From a virus: a stretch of 64,000 nt of DNA. The position numbers were made by a program, and so were the translations under genes. The notes beneath the pieces are model-generated. The model did no database searches and was not told the origin of the DNA. It saw only the letters and a program-made list of their open reading frames with translations. Location: IMG/VR virus record IMGVR_UViG_3300032245_001163, one strand, 5' to 3'. Shown here one piece after another: positions 17,774-26,897 of this stretch. The stretch's first letter is position 1, and each line of letters begins with the position of its first letter.

Positions 17774-18728
17774 CCTGCAAAATTCTCCATGATGTGCCAT
17801 CGCGCATTTCAGGCTCGGTGAATTGGCAATAGGCCATGTGTGCTGCCCAACGTTCCACTTCGTCTAGTGTGGGCACGTAAGGATTGTTGATGTCATCCAG
17901 TGATTGACTACACAATGGTGCGGCTGCATTGGGACCAAGTGTAATGGCAGGTTTACCGTTGAGCAAGGCTTCGCCGGCAGCAATGCTTGAAAATGTAACC
18001 AAGCAGTGTATGTCTTGTTCCAGTGCATGTGCCATGCTATCATCGCTGGTTCTGGCAGTGCGCCCAGGTTTGCGGCGTACAATAACTTCACGGTCAGTCC
18101 GACCAGCAAGTTCTTTTAAAACATTGTCCAGCCACTGCTCTAACTCAATGTCATAGAGATTCAACAGCTTTTGACTAGGCGGTGCCAACAGTATCTTGCT
18201 GCCACGATAGAATTTGCGCGGTTGAAATCCTGTGGCAGCCAAGCGGTCTCTTGGTCGATCTATAATAGGACCAAAGTTTTGCACATCGTTTCGGGTTACC
18301 CGATGGAACGTTTTCTTTTTGCCGTTGCCAAAATATCCTGTGTCAATGTAATAAAAATCTCTACCGGCTTCTTTGCAAGCTCGCATTTCTTTGCGTTTAG
18401 TGATACCGCGCAAGATAACTGGTGTCATTGACTGCTCACTCTTGCTCCAGGTGGTTATTTGGCCACCAGCACCTATGGTAAAACTCTGTAATATAGGATC
18501 AAACATTTTTCCCTTTTCTGCATATCTAAATTCACTGTCAATGGCATGCACAGCTTGATTGTCTAGAGCCCGAATCTTTTCAGTCAATGCCTCTATGCTT
18601 AATCCGTAGTATTCACCTGCCGGGTCTACACGATATTTGATAAGGTCTCTAAACAGTTGCGCCAATTCTGGAGGCACCATGTCCAGTTCATGTTGAGGTA
18701 GCGGTGCTAGTTCTTGTTCTTCGTCCAT
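17766..18728 (-). CDS. GT-B / capsule-biosynthesis-like transferase, paralog 5
   Basis: YIDTGYFG, LVTFSSIAAGEALLNGKP, MAYCQF; closest to the 14625 ORF. Confidence 0.6.
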   Translation of the reverse strand: MDEEQELAPLPQHELDMVPPELAQLFRDLIKYRVDPAGEYYGLSIEALTEKIRALDNQAVHAIDSEFRYAEKGKMFDPILQSFTIGAGGQITTWSKSEQSMTPVILRGITKRKEMRACKEAGRDFYYIDTGYFGNGKKKTFHRVTRNDVQNFGPIIDRPRDRLAATGFQPRKFYRGSKILLAPPSQKLLNLYDIELEQWLDNVLKELAGRTDREVIVRRKPGRTARTSDDSMAHALEQDIHCLVTFSSIAAGEALLNGKPAITLGPNAAAPLCSQSLDDINNPYVPTLDEVERWAAHMAYCQFTEPEMRDGTSWRILQGG

Positions 18729-18729
18729 A

Positions 18730-19413
18730 TTATGTTCTTTGTTCGCAGTAGTCAGTTAACGATCGTTCCCGGTGCCACTCTTCTGAGAAGTTGCCTGCAT
18801 CTGCAAACTCATTGAAGCAAGGTGTGCCCAAGGTGTAGTGTACAAGTTTAGCATCTGGGTTCCAGTCATACTCAACATCCAACCAGTTCCACTCCGGGGG
18901 CAGTTCACCGATGCGAGTATCATCCAGCCAGGTAAATCTATGCAGTTCAGCACCTGTTGATTTTTGCACAAACTCAGGTGTCAACTTACGATTTGGGAAA
19001 CTGTTGCAGTTCCACAAGATCACACTTGACCAGTTCTTTCTTGGATAGTCTTCGTTTTTGCTGCCAAGGTATTTTTCAGTCATGCGTGTTCGGTAATCAT
19101 GTTTGACCACCATGATGTCTTTTGTAACATCTCGCCGGTTCCATAATTCCACAATGTCTCCACGCAGGATCATGTCGCCATCGATGAAGATAGCCCACCC
19201 TGAATATCCCATCAAGTGTGGCACAAGAAAACGGCTGTAGATAAACTGGTTACTGCCATCGGTATGTGTTTCGCTATAATCTTTGAACAAGTTCAATGCC
19301 ACAGGTATGATAGCCACTGGCTGACTGGCGTTTCTGATAATACTATTCACGCATGTATGATATGCAATGGCTTCTCTAGGATCGTAGCCTACAAATACAG
19401 GTATGGGTTTCAT
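18730..19413 (-). CDS. GT-A glycosyltransferase (GT8/CDI-like)
   Basis: VGYDPRE, FIYSRFLVP, FIDGD, YPRKNWSS, HYTLGTP. Confidence 0.8.
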   Translation of the reverse strand: MKPIPVFVGYDPREAIAYHTCVNSIIRNASQPVAIIPVALNLFKDYSETHTDGSNQFIYSRFLVPHLMGYSGWAIFIDGDMILRGDIVELWNRRDVTKDIMVVKHDYRTRMTEKYLGSKNEDYPRKNWSSVILWNCNSFPNRKLTPEFVQKSTGAELHRFTWLDDTRIGELPPEWNWLDVEYDWNPDAKLVHYTLGTPCFNEFADAGNFSEEWHRERSLTDYCEQRT

Positions 19414-20174
19414 CGGCGTTGGATATCTTCCTCAACACAGCGTTCACCGTATTGTATTTCAATCAATTTCAATGGTTGATCAGTTTCATTGCACAATTGA
19501 TGCCATTCGTTGACAGCAATAAAAGTGTGTTCGTGCATGACAAGACTGCACTTAACTTCTTGATCGGTACTGGCCTCATCAAGTGTGTACACTGTGGCTT
19601 CACCTTGAGCCACAAACCAAAACTCTGCACGACTATCGTGTCGTTGCATGCTCAAGCATGTCTTGGGCATCACCGTGAGTTCTTTTAGTTTGGTGTTGGC
19701 ACCTACTTCATGCAACACACGATAGTATCCCCAGGTACGATCAGTTTTAGGAGTTTTCCACTCAGTGAGAATCCATGAACTTGAATTCATTTTGTTCTCG
19801 CCGCCTACACCAAACTGGAAGTCCACATCATCGAACACCATTTCAGGAATGTTGTCGGCAGTGCGATCACCACCATTGGCAAATATAAATTTAGAATTAG
19901 GCACAGTGTAATGTGCTCGTGCTACACGTATGGCATCTATGGCTGTGCCATCATCATCGTCAAACTCGATTACTTTGTCTACCATGCGTAGATTTTCAAT
20001 GATGGCTCGTCGTTCTGCGGCAGGCATAAAAGGTCGACCTTTTTTGCGTGTGAGCCATGCATCTGAGTTGATGCCAACCACAAGCCTGTCGCCCAAGGCC
20101 CGCGCTGCTTCAAAGTAGGCAATATGCCCTGAGTGCAGTGGGTCAAACCCACCAGTGACAATTACTATTTTCAT
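19410..20174 (-). CDS. cytidylyltransferase-like (HIGH) domain fused to mannose-6-phosphate isomerase-type cupin
   Basis: GGFDPLHSGH, GINSD, GGDR, SSS; C-terminal RTWG...LSMQRH..RAEFW...H...IEIQYG. Confidence 0.85.
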   Translation of the reverse strand: MKIVIVTGGFDPLHSGHIAYFEAARALGDRLVVGINSDAWLTRKKGRPFMPAAERRAIIENLRMVDKVIEFDDDDGTAIDAIRVARAHYTVPNSKFIFANGGDRTADNIPEMVFDDVDFQFGVGGENKMNSSSWILTEWKTPKTDRTWGYYRVLHEVGANTKLKELTVMPKTCLSMQRHDSRAEFWFVAQGEATVYTLDEASTDQEVKCSLVMHEHTFIAVNEWHQLCNETDQPLKLIEIQYGERCVEEDIQRR

Positions 20175-20179
20175 GTTGA

Positions 20180-20185
20180 TATTTA
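20180..20185 (-). promoter_or_regulatory. late promoter core (TA)TAAATA
   Basis: 5 nt before ATG 20174. Confidence 0.7.
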
Positions 20186-20213
20186 TATACGCAGTTTTAT
20201 GGTAAGTAAATCA

Positions 20214-20741
20214 ATGTTCACCAAACAATATCACGACACATTAGCACGTAGCCAAGCATTTCAACAAAACAGCGTAAATTGGGCAGGGTATGGCAGTTAT
20301 CAGTATGTTGATCCGTTGCGAGCAATAGTGCAACAGCATGGCTGCAAAACCATGCTGGATTATGGTTGTGGCAAAGGGCTTCAGTATCCACAGGGTAAAA
20401 ATAACTTTGCTCAACTAATTGGCATTGAACAATATGCATTGCACGATCCGGCCTACAGTCAATATGCTGAATTGCCTCCGGGTACTTGGGATCTAGTGAT
20501 ATGTTTAGATGTGCTACCATTTGTGCCCGAGTCGGATATAGACACTGTGATCGATCTCATGTTGAATCGCTGTGATAAAACGTGTGTGATTGCATTACAA
20601 CAAATAACGCACACCAAAAGCAAAAAGCCCTTGGTATGTGTCAAAGATCATGCATGGTGGCAAGAAAAACTAGCACATGACAAAATACACTTGATTTGGC
20701 GAACAAGCGATAAGCCGTTTGATTATTCAACGTTTCTCTAA
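20214..20741 (+). CDS. class I SAM-dependent methyltransferase
   Basis: LDYGCGKG, HDP, WDLVICLDVL; probable start 20214 (track 20133). Confidence 0.8.
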   Translation: MFTKQYHDTLARSQAFQQNSVNWAGYGSYQYVDPLRAIVQQHGCKTMLDYGCGKGLQYPQGKNNFAQLIGIEQYALHDPAYSQYAELPPGTWDLVICLDVLPFVPESDIDTVIDLMLNRCDKTCVIALQQITHTKSKKPLVCVKDHAWWQEKLAHDKIHLIWRTSDKPFDYSTFL

Positions 20742-21245
20742 TATGAGTCTAAGTTCAGGACTGCCATTGGGATTTTTTACTGGATTGGCTGTAAAGTTCA
20801 CACTCTCTGACCATACAACACGGCATTGATCAAACTGTTGTTTGACACGTTCTAGCCACCAATCAGAATTTTCCACAATTAAGTGTGCATTGCGACCATC
20901 GGGCAATCGCTTTTTTGCAGGATAGCAAGCAATGATTAGGAAGGCTGCACGTTGAAATTTACTTTGCATGAGTTTCAATGACTCGTCCAATTGATCAGGC
21001 TCAAAGTGTTCTATTACATCGCAACTGACCAAACAATCATAGGTGCCAGCAGGCACAACATTGTAATCAGGATTGCCAGGATCATAGCCGGCCAGTTCGC
21101 GAACGCTGGGGAAATCTTGTTCCACACGGTTGAGAAGATTGCCATTTGCACACCCCCAATCTACTAGACTCCAAGGCTGGTACTTGGCAACAAAATCGTG
21201 TACCAAGTTGTACTTGGGTAAAAGTTCTTTATACATGCCTGTCAT
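20727..21245 (-). CDS. class I SAM-dependent methyltransferase
   Basis: VDWGCANG, GYDP, DVIEH, RNAHLIV..WW; start 21245 or 21236. Confidence 0.8.
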   Translation of the reverse strand: MTGMYKELLPKYNLVHDFVAKYQPWSLVDWGCANGNLLNRVEQDFPSVRELAGYDPGNPDYNVVPAGTYDCLVSCDVIEHFEPDQLDESLKLMQSKFQRAAFLIIACYPAKKRLPDGRNAHLIVENSDWWLERVKQQFDQCRVVWSESVNFTANPVKNPNGSPELRLILEKR

Positions 21246-21247
21246 AT

Positions 21248-21700
21248 TTACACCGTGATATCTTCCATGCCTGCTGTGCGCAGTCTGACCACATGCCCCA
21301 TTTGCCACTGCTTGGTGTCCAGGCCCTTCATGATACCCAACCATTTGTTGCGTAGCAGGGCCACTTCATTTATAATAGTTTCAAAGTCCACAACTTCTTC
21401 TTCACCGTCCACGTACTTTTCAGCATCACGTGCTGTGAGGGCACGGGCATAACCTTCCAAGTACTTTTTAAAGTGCTTGGTACGTAGTTTGCGCAGTTGA
21501 ATATTGAGGTAGTTGAGCACTGCTTCAATCTCTTGTAGCTGGTTGAACCTGTGCTCAGTAATACCTGGTAGTGCAGTGATATTCTTTTCCACCAGGCCGC
21601 CGATCTTACAATCACGTTTGGCATCTGTGAGCTCTGACTCAAAGTGTGCAATGAAGTCAGGTATATTACCAAGGTCTGCTACTACTTTACTGTACCACAT
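21248..21700 (-). CDS. uvsY: recombination mediator UvsY-like
   Basis: 150-aa helical protein with KYL..Y...L...D..KYVDG pattern; downstream of uvsX. Confidence 0.7.
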   Translation of the reverse strand: MWYSKVVADLGNIPDFIAHFESELTDAKRDCKIGGLVEKNITALPGITEHRFNQLQEIEAVLNYLNIQLRKLRTKHFKKYLEGYARALTARDAEKYVDGEEEVVDFETIINEVALLRNKWLGIMKGLDTKQWQMGHVVRLRTAGMEDITV

Positions 21701-22868
21701 GGATGTTTAACCATTCTAAAAAACTTGGTGGGTAAATGCTCAAATCAAGATTCCTGCGAGCAGCATATTCTTTTAAAAATTCTGACATTTGTTGTCTTTG
21801 TAATTGTGTTGGGTCGGCTTGTATGGATTGTGCAATTTGAGTTTTATAATTCTCTGGCAATGTTTGAATATCTTGTAGTATAGCATGTTTGCTGTCAGCA
21901 TCCAACACATACGGAGCCATCATGCTGGGTTGATTAACAAACACCAGTCCTATGCGCTGATTGCTAAAATACTTGATAAAACTCGCCAGTCCAAGCACCG
22001 TGAGATTAGATATTGCTGTGCTAAATCTAAACTCAATGTTAGATTTTTGCAACAATTCAATCTTGTTAACAAAATCAGCCCAACGACTCCCATGTCGATT
22101 AAACTCATAAAACTTGTCAGTACATTCTGCACTGACAGATATCATAGCTGTGGGTATTTGTTTTATTTTGTCCAACATGCGTTGAAATCTTTTAACTTCT
22201 ACTCCCAACCCAGTATAAATGTTGATCACGGCTGAACTGTTTGAAACTGCATCCAACACATCAAACAATTGATTATCCAACAAAGGTTCGCCACCAGTGA
22301 CCACAATCTCTCGTAGTCCTGGAGCAAAACTTTTTATTTCAGACATTAACATTTGAAATTGCTTGGTATTTTTAACTTCTTGTTGACTGACTTTCATCAT
22401 TATTTTGTCTCGACTGGTCAATTTATATCTTGCATCACCAGTGTTAACAGCAAAGTTTCCGTTGCTAACCAAATCTCTGCGCCACGTACTGCTGTATTCT
22501 TTACAGCAATACGAACAACTCAAATTGCAGTCGTCGTTTAATTTTATTTCTAATATCTCTGGCTGGGTGTGAATATTAGCATGTGTTTTTACTTTGCCGT
22601 TTTGCCACATTCTTGGGCTGACTGCACCTTTGTCTTCCAAAGGCCAACAAATTTCTTCACAACTGGCATTGCGTTGATTGTTCAACATCATTTGCCGTTC
22701 ATCGACATTTATTTGTGTGTTAAACAGTTGACCGGGATTGGCACTTAGCCATGGAAAATCGATTGCATGAGATTTAGCCGCATGACAATTAAGTGTGTTG
22801 TTCGATACAAGATCAATTTTTAAATATTTAAATTTATATGAACAATAGTAATCCCTGACATCAGACAT
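21687..22868 (-). CDS. radical SAM protein with N-terminal twitch-like cluster
   Basis: YCSYKF...NCH, CEEIC, CNLSCSYC, TGGEPLL. Confidence 0.88.
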   Translation of the reverse strand: MSDVRDYYCSYKFKYLKIDLVSNNTLNCHAAKSHAIDFPWLSANPGQLFNTQINVDERQMMLNNQRNASCEEICWPLEDKGAVSPRMWQNGKVKTHANIHTQPEILEIKLNDDCNLSCSYCCKEYSSTWRRDLVSNGNFAVNTGDARYKLTSRDKIMMKVSQQEVKNTKQFQMLMSEIKSFAPGLREIVVTGGEPLLDNQLFDVLDAVSNSSAVINIYTGLGVEVKRFQRMLDKIKQIPTAMISVSAECTDKFYEFNRHGSRWADFVNKIELLQKSNIEFRFSTAISNLTVLGLASFIKYFSNQRIGLVFVNQPSMMAPYVLDADSKHAILQDIQTLPENYKTQIAQSIQADPTQLQRQQMSEFLKEYAARRNLDLSIYPPSFLEWLNIHVVQ

Positions 22869-23137
22869 TAATAGTCATCTTCTTGATTGTAGTTGTCCTC
22901 GTCATCAAACTCTTCTTCTTCTTCGTCCTCTTCGGCATAATCCTTGTCATTGTCCAAGTATGCAGTCAAGGCCTTCTTGATGTCTGAATCGCCTTTGAAA
23001 GCGTCTCGAATTTCTTCAACGTCATGATCATGATCAATCAATATAGACACAATACTTTCAGCAGCATCTATACGATCCACCACATTGACGTATCTTTTTA
23101 ATTCGCCCCAAATTTCGCTTGCTACTTCTGTTGACAT
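22868..23137 (-). CDS. acidic hypothetical protein
   Basis: 89 aa with a D/E-rich tail; AGGAG RBS. Confidence 0.75.
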   Translation of the reverse strand: MSTEVASEIWGELKRYVNVVDRIDAAESIVSILIDHDHDVEEIRDAFKGDSDIKKALTAYLDNDKDYAEEDEEEEEFDDEDNYNQEDDY

Positions 23138-23151
23138 TTTTATCTCCTAAC

Positions 23152-23466
23152 TTAATTTCTTTTTTTGTTGTTGATCAGATCAGCTGGACAAGTGGTACAC
23201 TGATCTTTGGTACAAACTGTTGGAGTTTGCAATAAACTAAAATCATCATCAAACAAATTACCTAAATTGTCATTGCGACATACCCCTGACCATACTTGAA
23301 AATCACTTTCGACAATTATACTGTCTGTGCCAGCAGTACAAGCCCATCCTTTAAAATGATGAAGGTCTTTGTTAAATAGATCCCATGAATTTACATCAAT
23401 TCTAGTACCGTCTTTGAGAACCACTGTACAATCGGCTGTTTTAGACTCAACTAGTAATACGTTCAT
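23152..23466 (-). CDS. stand-alone SPASM/twitch-like Fe-S domain protein
   Basis: GWACTAG...GVC...LGNL...CTKDQCTTC; AAGGT RBS. Confidence 0.6.
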   Translation of the reverse strand: MNVLLVESKTADCTVVLKDGTRIDVNSWDLFNKDLHHFKGWACTAGTDSIIVESDFQVWSGVCRNDNLGNLFDDDFSLLQTPTVCTKDQCTTCPADLINNKKRN

Positions 23467-24151
23467 AAAAATTTACCTTGTTTGATTTTTTAGGTCCAAG
23501 ACTGGGTTTGATATCCTGCTCTGGCCAATTTGTGTTGGGACGATACACTGGTTCAACTGGAGACAGCCCACACGGTATTTTTTGTTTGGCCAAGTACTTG
23601 ATATAATGCTTGATGCGTGTTTGATTCCACTCTTCATTCATGATAATCACATACGTCCAATAAGGCAAGTTATTCTTGCTTGCATGTTGTTGAGCCTTGC
23701 TGACAGTCGAAAAGAACTTGGCTTCATTCATGAACTCGCTATGAGTGGAAAATACAATATTGGCATGCTCAATCAACGTTTGGTAATATTCCACGGTTGC
23801 AGTACCATTGGAATAAACATTGATGATAGCATTAAGGGGATTGAACTCTTCTTTGACCCATTTTAAAAATGGAATTAAATCAGGATTCATTGTGGGTTCG
23901 CCCCCGAGCACAGATATTGTTATTTGTTTTTCGACTTTTTCCAAACTCTTCATAAGTTTGCGCCAGGCCTGCTGTAATTCATCCAGTGTTTTGTGGGGGC
24001 TGTGTTTATCATGCCAAACATCTGGACAATAACTACAGGCAAAATTGCACCGTGTGCCAATTACCCACATCACAAACAACGATGATTCTTTACCAATTAT
24101 TTCAACAATGGGATTGTCGTCAGTTACATAAGCCTTTGCGACTTTGGTCAT
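23447..24151 (-). CDS. radical SAM core protein (C-terminal domain encoded separately)
   Basis: CNFACSYC, LGGEPT, YSNG, FSTHSE. Confidence 0.85.
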   Translation of the reverse strand: MTKVAKAYVTDDNPIVEIIGKESSLFVMWVIGTRCNFACSYCPDVWHDKHSPHKTLDELQQAWRKLMKSLEKVEKQITISVLGGEPTMNPDLIPFLKWVKEEFNPLNAIINVYSNGTATVEYYQTLIEHANIVFSTHSEFMNEAKFFSTVSKAQQHASKNNLPYWTYVIIMNEEWNQTRIKHYIKYLAKQKIPCGLSPVEPVYRPNTNWPEQDIKPSLGPKKSNKVNFYERITS

Positions 24152-24158
24152 ACTATCT

Positions 24159-25214
24159 TTATTCCTCGGTTGCGTCGGCTGTACTTACCTCTTCTTTGAT
24201 GTTCTTGAAGTCAGCCATGACTTTGTCCAAGCAACCATCATCATTCTTTTCCCATGCTTTGCGGAACTTCTTGATGATCTCGCCTTCGCTGGTGGTAAAC
24301 ACCAGGCTGTTGCCTTCACGCTTGAGCATTTCTTTTTTCTCAATCAAGTCCACCAAGCCTGAGTAAGGGCTCATACCTGTGGTGTAAGGAATCTTGACCT
24401 GCACACCTTCAAACGGCTTGGCATAACGTGTTTTCATAACTTTACAGCCTGCACGAATACCGTTGACGTCTGACACTTTGTTGCCGTCCTCGTCCTCTTT
24501 GAGCTTCATCTTCTTCATAGCCACAACAATTGAGCTGGCGTAAATGAAACCTTGACCGCCGGAGATTTTATCATCGGGGTCAAACATATCCTGTGATGCG
24601 TATGTGTGATTGGTACAAACCAAGCCTACATTGTACGAACCAAACATGTTCACACAGTTACGCACCAAGGCGGTGAGAGCTTTGGGTTTACGACCAAGAT
24701 CGCCCTTCATTTCGCCTGCATCAAATTGGTTGACGTCTGTGGGAGTCAACAACATGCCCAGGCTGTCAATAACAAACATGACCTTGGGACGTTCGCCTTC
24801 GGGCAAGGCCTTGTAGTCGCTCATGAATGTCGAAATAGTTTTTGCCACATCGTCAATCATGGCCATGCTCAACTTCAGCAGTTTGCCTTCGCTGGTGTCC
24901 ACACCCAAGGCCTTGAGCCAGTCTTCGTCCAGTGCGTTCTCTGAATCAATCAACACCACAAAAATGCCTTGTTCTTGTGCGTTCTTGATAATGTTGCCTG
25001 AACAGATGTATGATTTGCCTGCACCAGAGTCGCCGGCAAACACTGTGACCTTGCCCAAGGGAATGCCACGATTGAAGTCGCCAGAGATCAAATAATTCAA
25101 TGCATAGTTGCCTGTGCTGATCCAGTCTGTGGGATCGTTGAATCCAATACTCAAACCGTCAATGCTTTTTGTGATTTCCTTGCGGAACTTGCTTACGTCA
25201 AATGGTTTTCCCAT
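24159..25214 (-). CDS. uvsX: RecA-family recombinase (UvsX-like)
   Basis: ISTGNYALN, GDSGAGKS, IDSE, VIDSLG, SGG. Confidence 0.92.
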   Translation of the reverse strand: MGKPFDVSKFRKEITKSIDGLSIGFNDPTDWISTGNYALNYLISGDFNRGIPLGKVTVFAGDSGAGKSYICSGNIIKNAQEQGIFVVLIDSENALDEDWLKALGVDTSEGKLLKLSMAMIDDVAKTISTFMSDYKALPEGERPKVMFVIDSLGMLLTPTDVNQFDAGEMKGDLGRKPKALTALVRNCVNMFGSYNVGLVCTNHTYASQDMFDPDDKISGGQGFIYASSIVVAMKKMKLKEDEDGNKVSDVNGIRAGCKVMKTRYAKPFEGVQVKIPYTTGMSPYSGLVDLIEKKEMLKREGNSLVFTTSEGEIIKKFRKAWEKNDDGCLDKVMADFKNIKEEVSTADATEE

Positions 25215-26355
25215 GATTTTCTTCCTTGTATAAATCTTTAAAAATTGCTCTACTGTCTAATTTACGCCGTTGATCCATGTTGGCTATTTTTTCAAAGGAC
25301 CCTGATAAGTCTTTTTCAAACGGCTGGTCCAGATGCTTCAGCATGTTTTGATATCCGTTTTCCAACAAATATCCTGGCTGTTCAGCAATTCGATCTGCTA
25401 AAATCTTCTTTACTGAGTTTAACACATTGTCTGACAAATGTCTAATATTTAGGTATGCCGGACCGGTTAGCGCACCAATTATGAAACTGTTGTTGTGAAA
25501 TCCCAAAGCGGACAAGTAATCCACACAATCAAAAATACTTTTATAGTTCAACAAAAAATGCAACATGTTGAATGATATCTTGTGATCAAGTTGTCTGATA
25601 ATCTGTAAGTTGTCCACAAAATCTTGCCATGATCCGCCATGCCGTATGTATTCATATTCGGCTTCTATAGTTTCTGCGCTGACGATCCAATGCACGTTTT
25701 TGAACTCACAGATCAAGTCAAATATGCGTGTGTCAACTTTGCTGAGATTGGTGTTTATTCTTAAATTCACTTTAGGATTGACCTGTTTCAGCAACTGTAA
25801 GAATTCCAAATTTTCTTTCATCAGCAGTGGTTCACCACCTGCCAAGTACACATGTTTCAATTGTGGCGCACGTTTAAAAACATACTGTTTGAACTTGTCC
25901 ACTTGTGAATTTGTTGGGGTCAACATTGTAACACTACGCTCACTGGCCCACTTGCTACTGAATTCTGGTGAGCAGTACACGCAGGCAAAATTACACAAAT
26001 TACTCCAGCGTATGTCCACAGTGTGCAAAGCATGATTTGTTGTGTCATACAATGTATTATCAACCTCACGCAGTTCTTTGAGATAGAACACACGATCACT
26101 TATGATATCAAACTTGTTTTGTTCTTGTTCAAGTTCATAGCAAGGATTGCATCGGTCAAACTTTTGTTCGGTCCGCATGTCTGCCTTGATCATGAGATCA
26201 TTGCTGAGTATTTGTTCTATGGTGTTGTCATTAATATTGCCAATGGGTGCAGAACTTCTTATACAGTTTTTGATTGTACCATCAAAGTTGTACATCAGTC
26301 CAGTCCATGGCACAGGACAAAATGCACGATTGGTCAAATACTCTCGGCTGTTCAT
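25198..26355 (-). CDS. radical SAM protein with N-terminal twitch-like cluster
   Basis: FCPVPW...NC, CNPC, CNFACVYC, AGGEPLL. Confidence 0.9.
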   Translation of the reverse strand: MNSREYLTNRAFCPVPWTGLMYNFDGTIKNCIRSSAPIGNINDNTIEQILSNDLMIKADMRTEQKFDRCNPCYELEQEQNKFDIISDRVFYLKELREVDNTLYDTTNHALHTVDIRWSNLCNFACVYCSPEFSSKWASERSVTMLTPTNSQVDKFKQYVFKRAPQLKHVYLAGGEPLLMKENLEFLQLLKQVNPKVNLRINTNLSKVDTRIFDLICEFKNVHWIVSAETIEAEYEYIRHGGSWQDFVDNLQIIRQLDHKISFNMLHFLLNYKSIFDCVDYLSALGFHNNSFIIGALTGPAYLNIRHLSDNVLNSVKKILADRIAEQPGYLLENGYQNMLKHLDQPFEKDLSGSFEKIANMDQRRKLDSRAIFKDLYKEENHGKTI

Positions 26356-26897
26356 GGATAATTCACACCCAGTGATAATTCACTTACTTCTAAGTCAATG
26401 CCTGTGTCCAGTATTCTGACCAAGGTAGCCGCCCATGCATCAACATCTGCATAAGGTCGTGGACTGACTTGTCCGGATTGTGTGGCAACTGCGCCTGGTC
26501 TTACCAAACAAAGTTTGGGCCAGTCTTGCAAATGTTGCAGTTGACGATGTGCTTCTTCCAAGGCAATCTTTTGATTTCTGTATGCAATCATGTCTATACC
26601 AGGCAAGGTACTCACTGGTTGCGTTGTCATCATTGTGCTGATGTTTATGATGCGTTTACCAACCTTGCCTTTCCAAAGTTTATACACTTCAAACAACAAT
26701 TCTGTTTGAGCAAACCCAGCTTGCGCATTGTTTATAAACATATCGCAAGGTTCAATATGTGCAATAATCTTGGGTATATTTCTAATGTTGTGCCCATCAC
26801 GTTTGCTGAGACCAACCACATCATGTCCTTGCGTCTGGTACACTTGAGCCAGTGCCTGTCCAATGCCTGCTGAGTGTCCAGTTATGGCTATCTTCAT
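26352..26897 (-). CDS. short-chain dehydrogenase/reductase
   Basis: ITGHSAGIG, INNA, NIS, YRNQK (YxxxK), RPG. Confidence 0.85.
   Translation of the reverse strand: MKIAITGHSAGIGQALAQVYQTQGHDVVGLSKRDGHNIRNIPKIIAHIEPCDMFINNAQAGFAQTELLFEVYKLWKGKVGKRIINISTMMTTQPVSTLPGIDMIAYRNQKIALEEAHRQLQHLQDWPKLCLVRPGAVATQSGQVSPRPYADVDAWAATLVRILDTGIDLEVSELSLGVNYP

Noticed and set aside
23460-23480. A AAT TTT slippery heptamer at the end of the split rSAM
   Set aside because: A -1 shift hits TGA at once. The downstream ORF is in the +1 frame and has its own SD.
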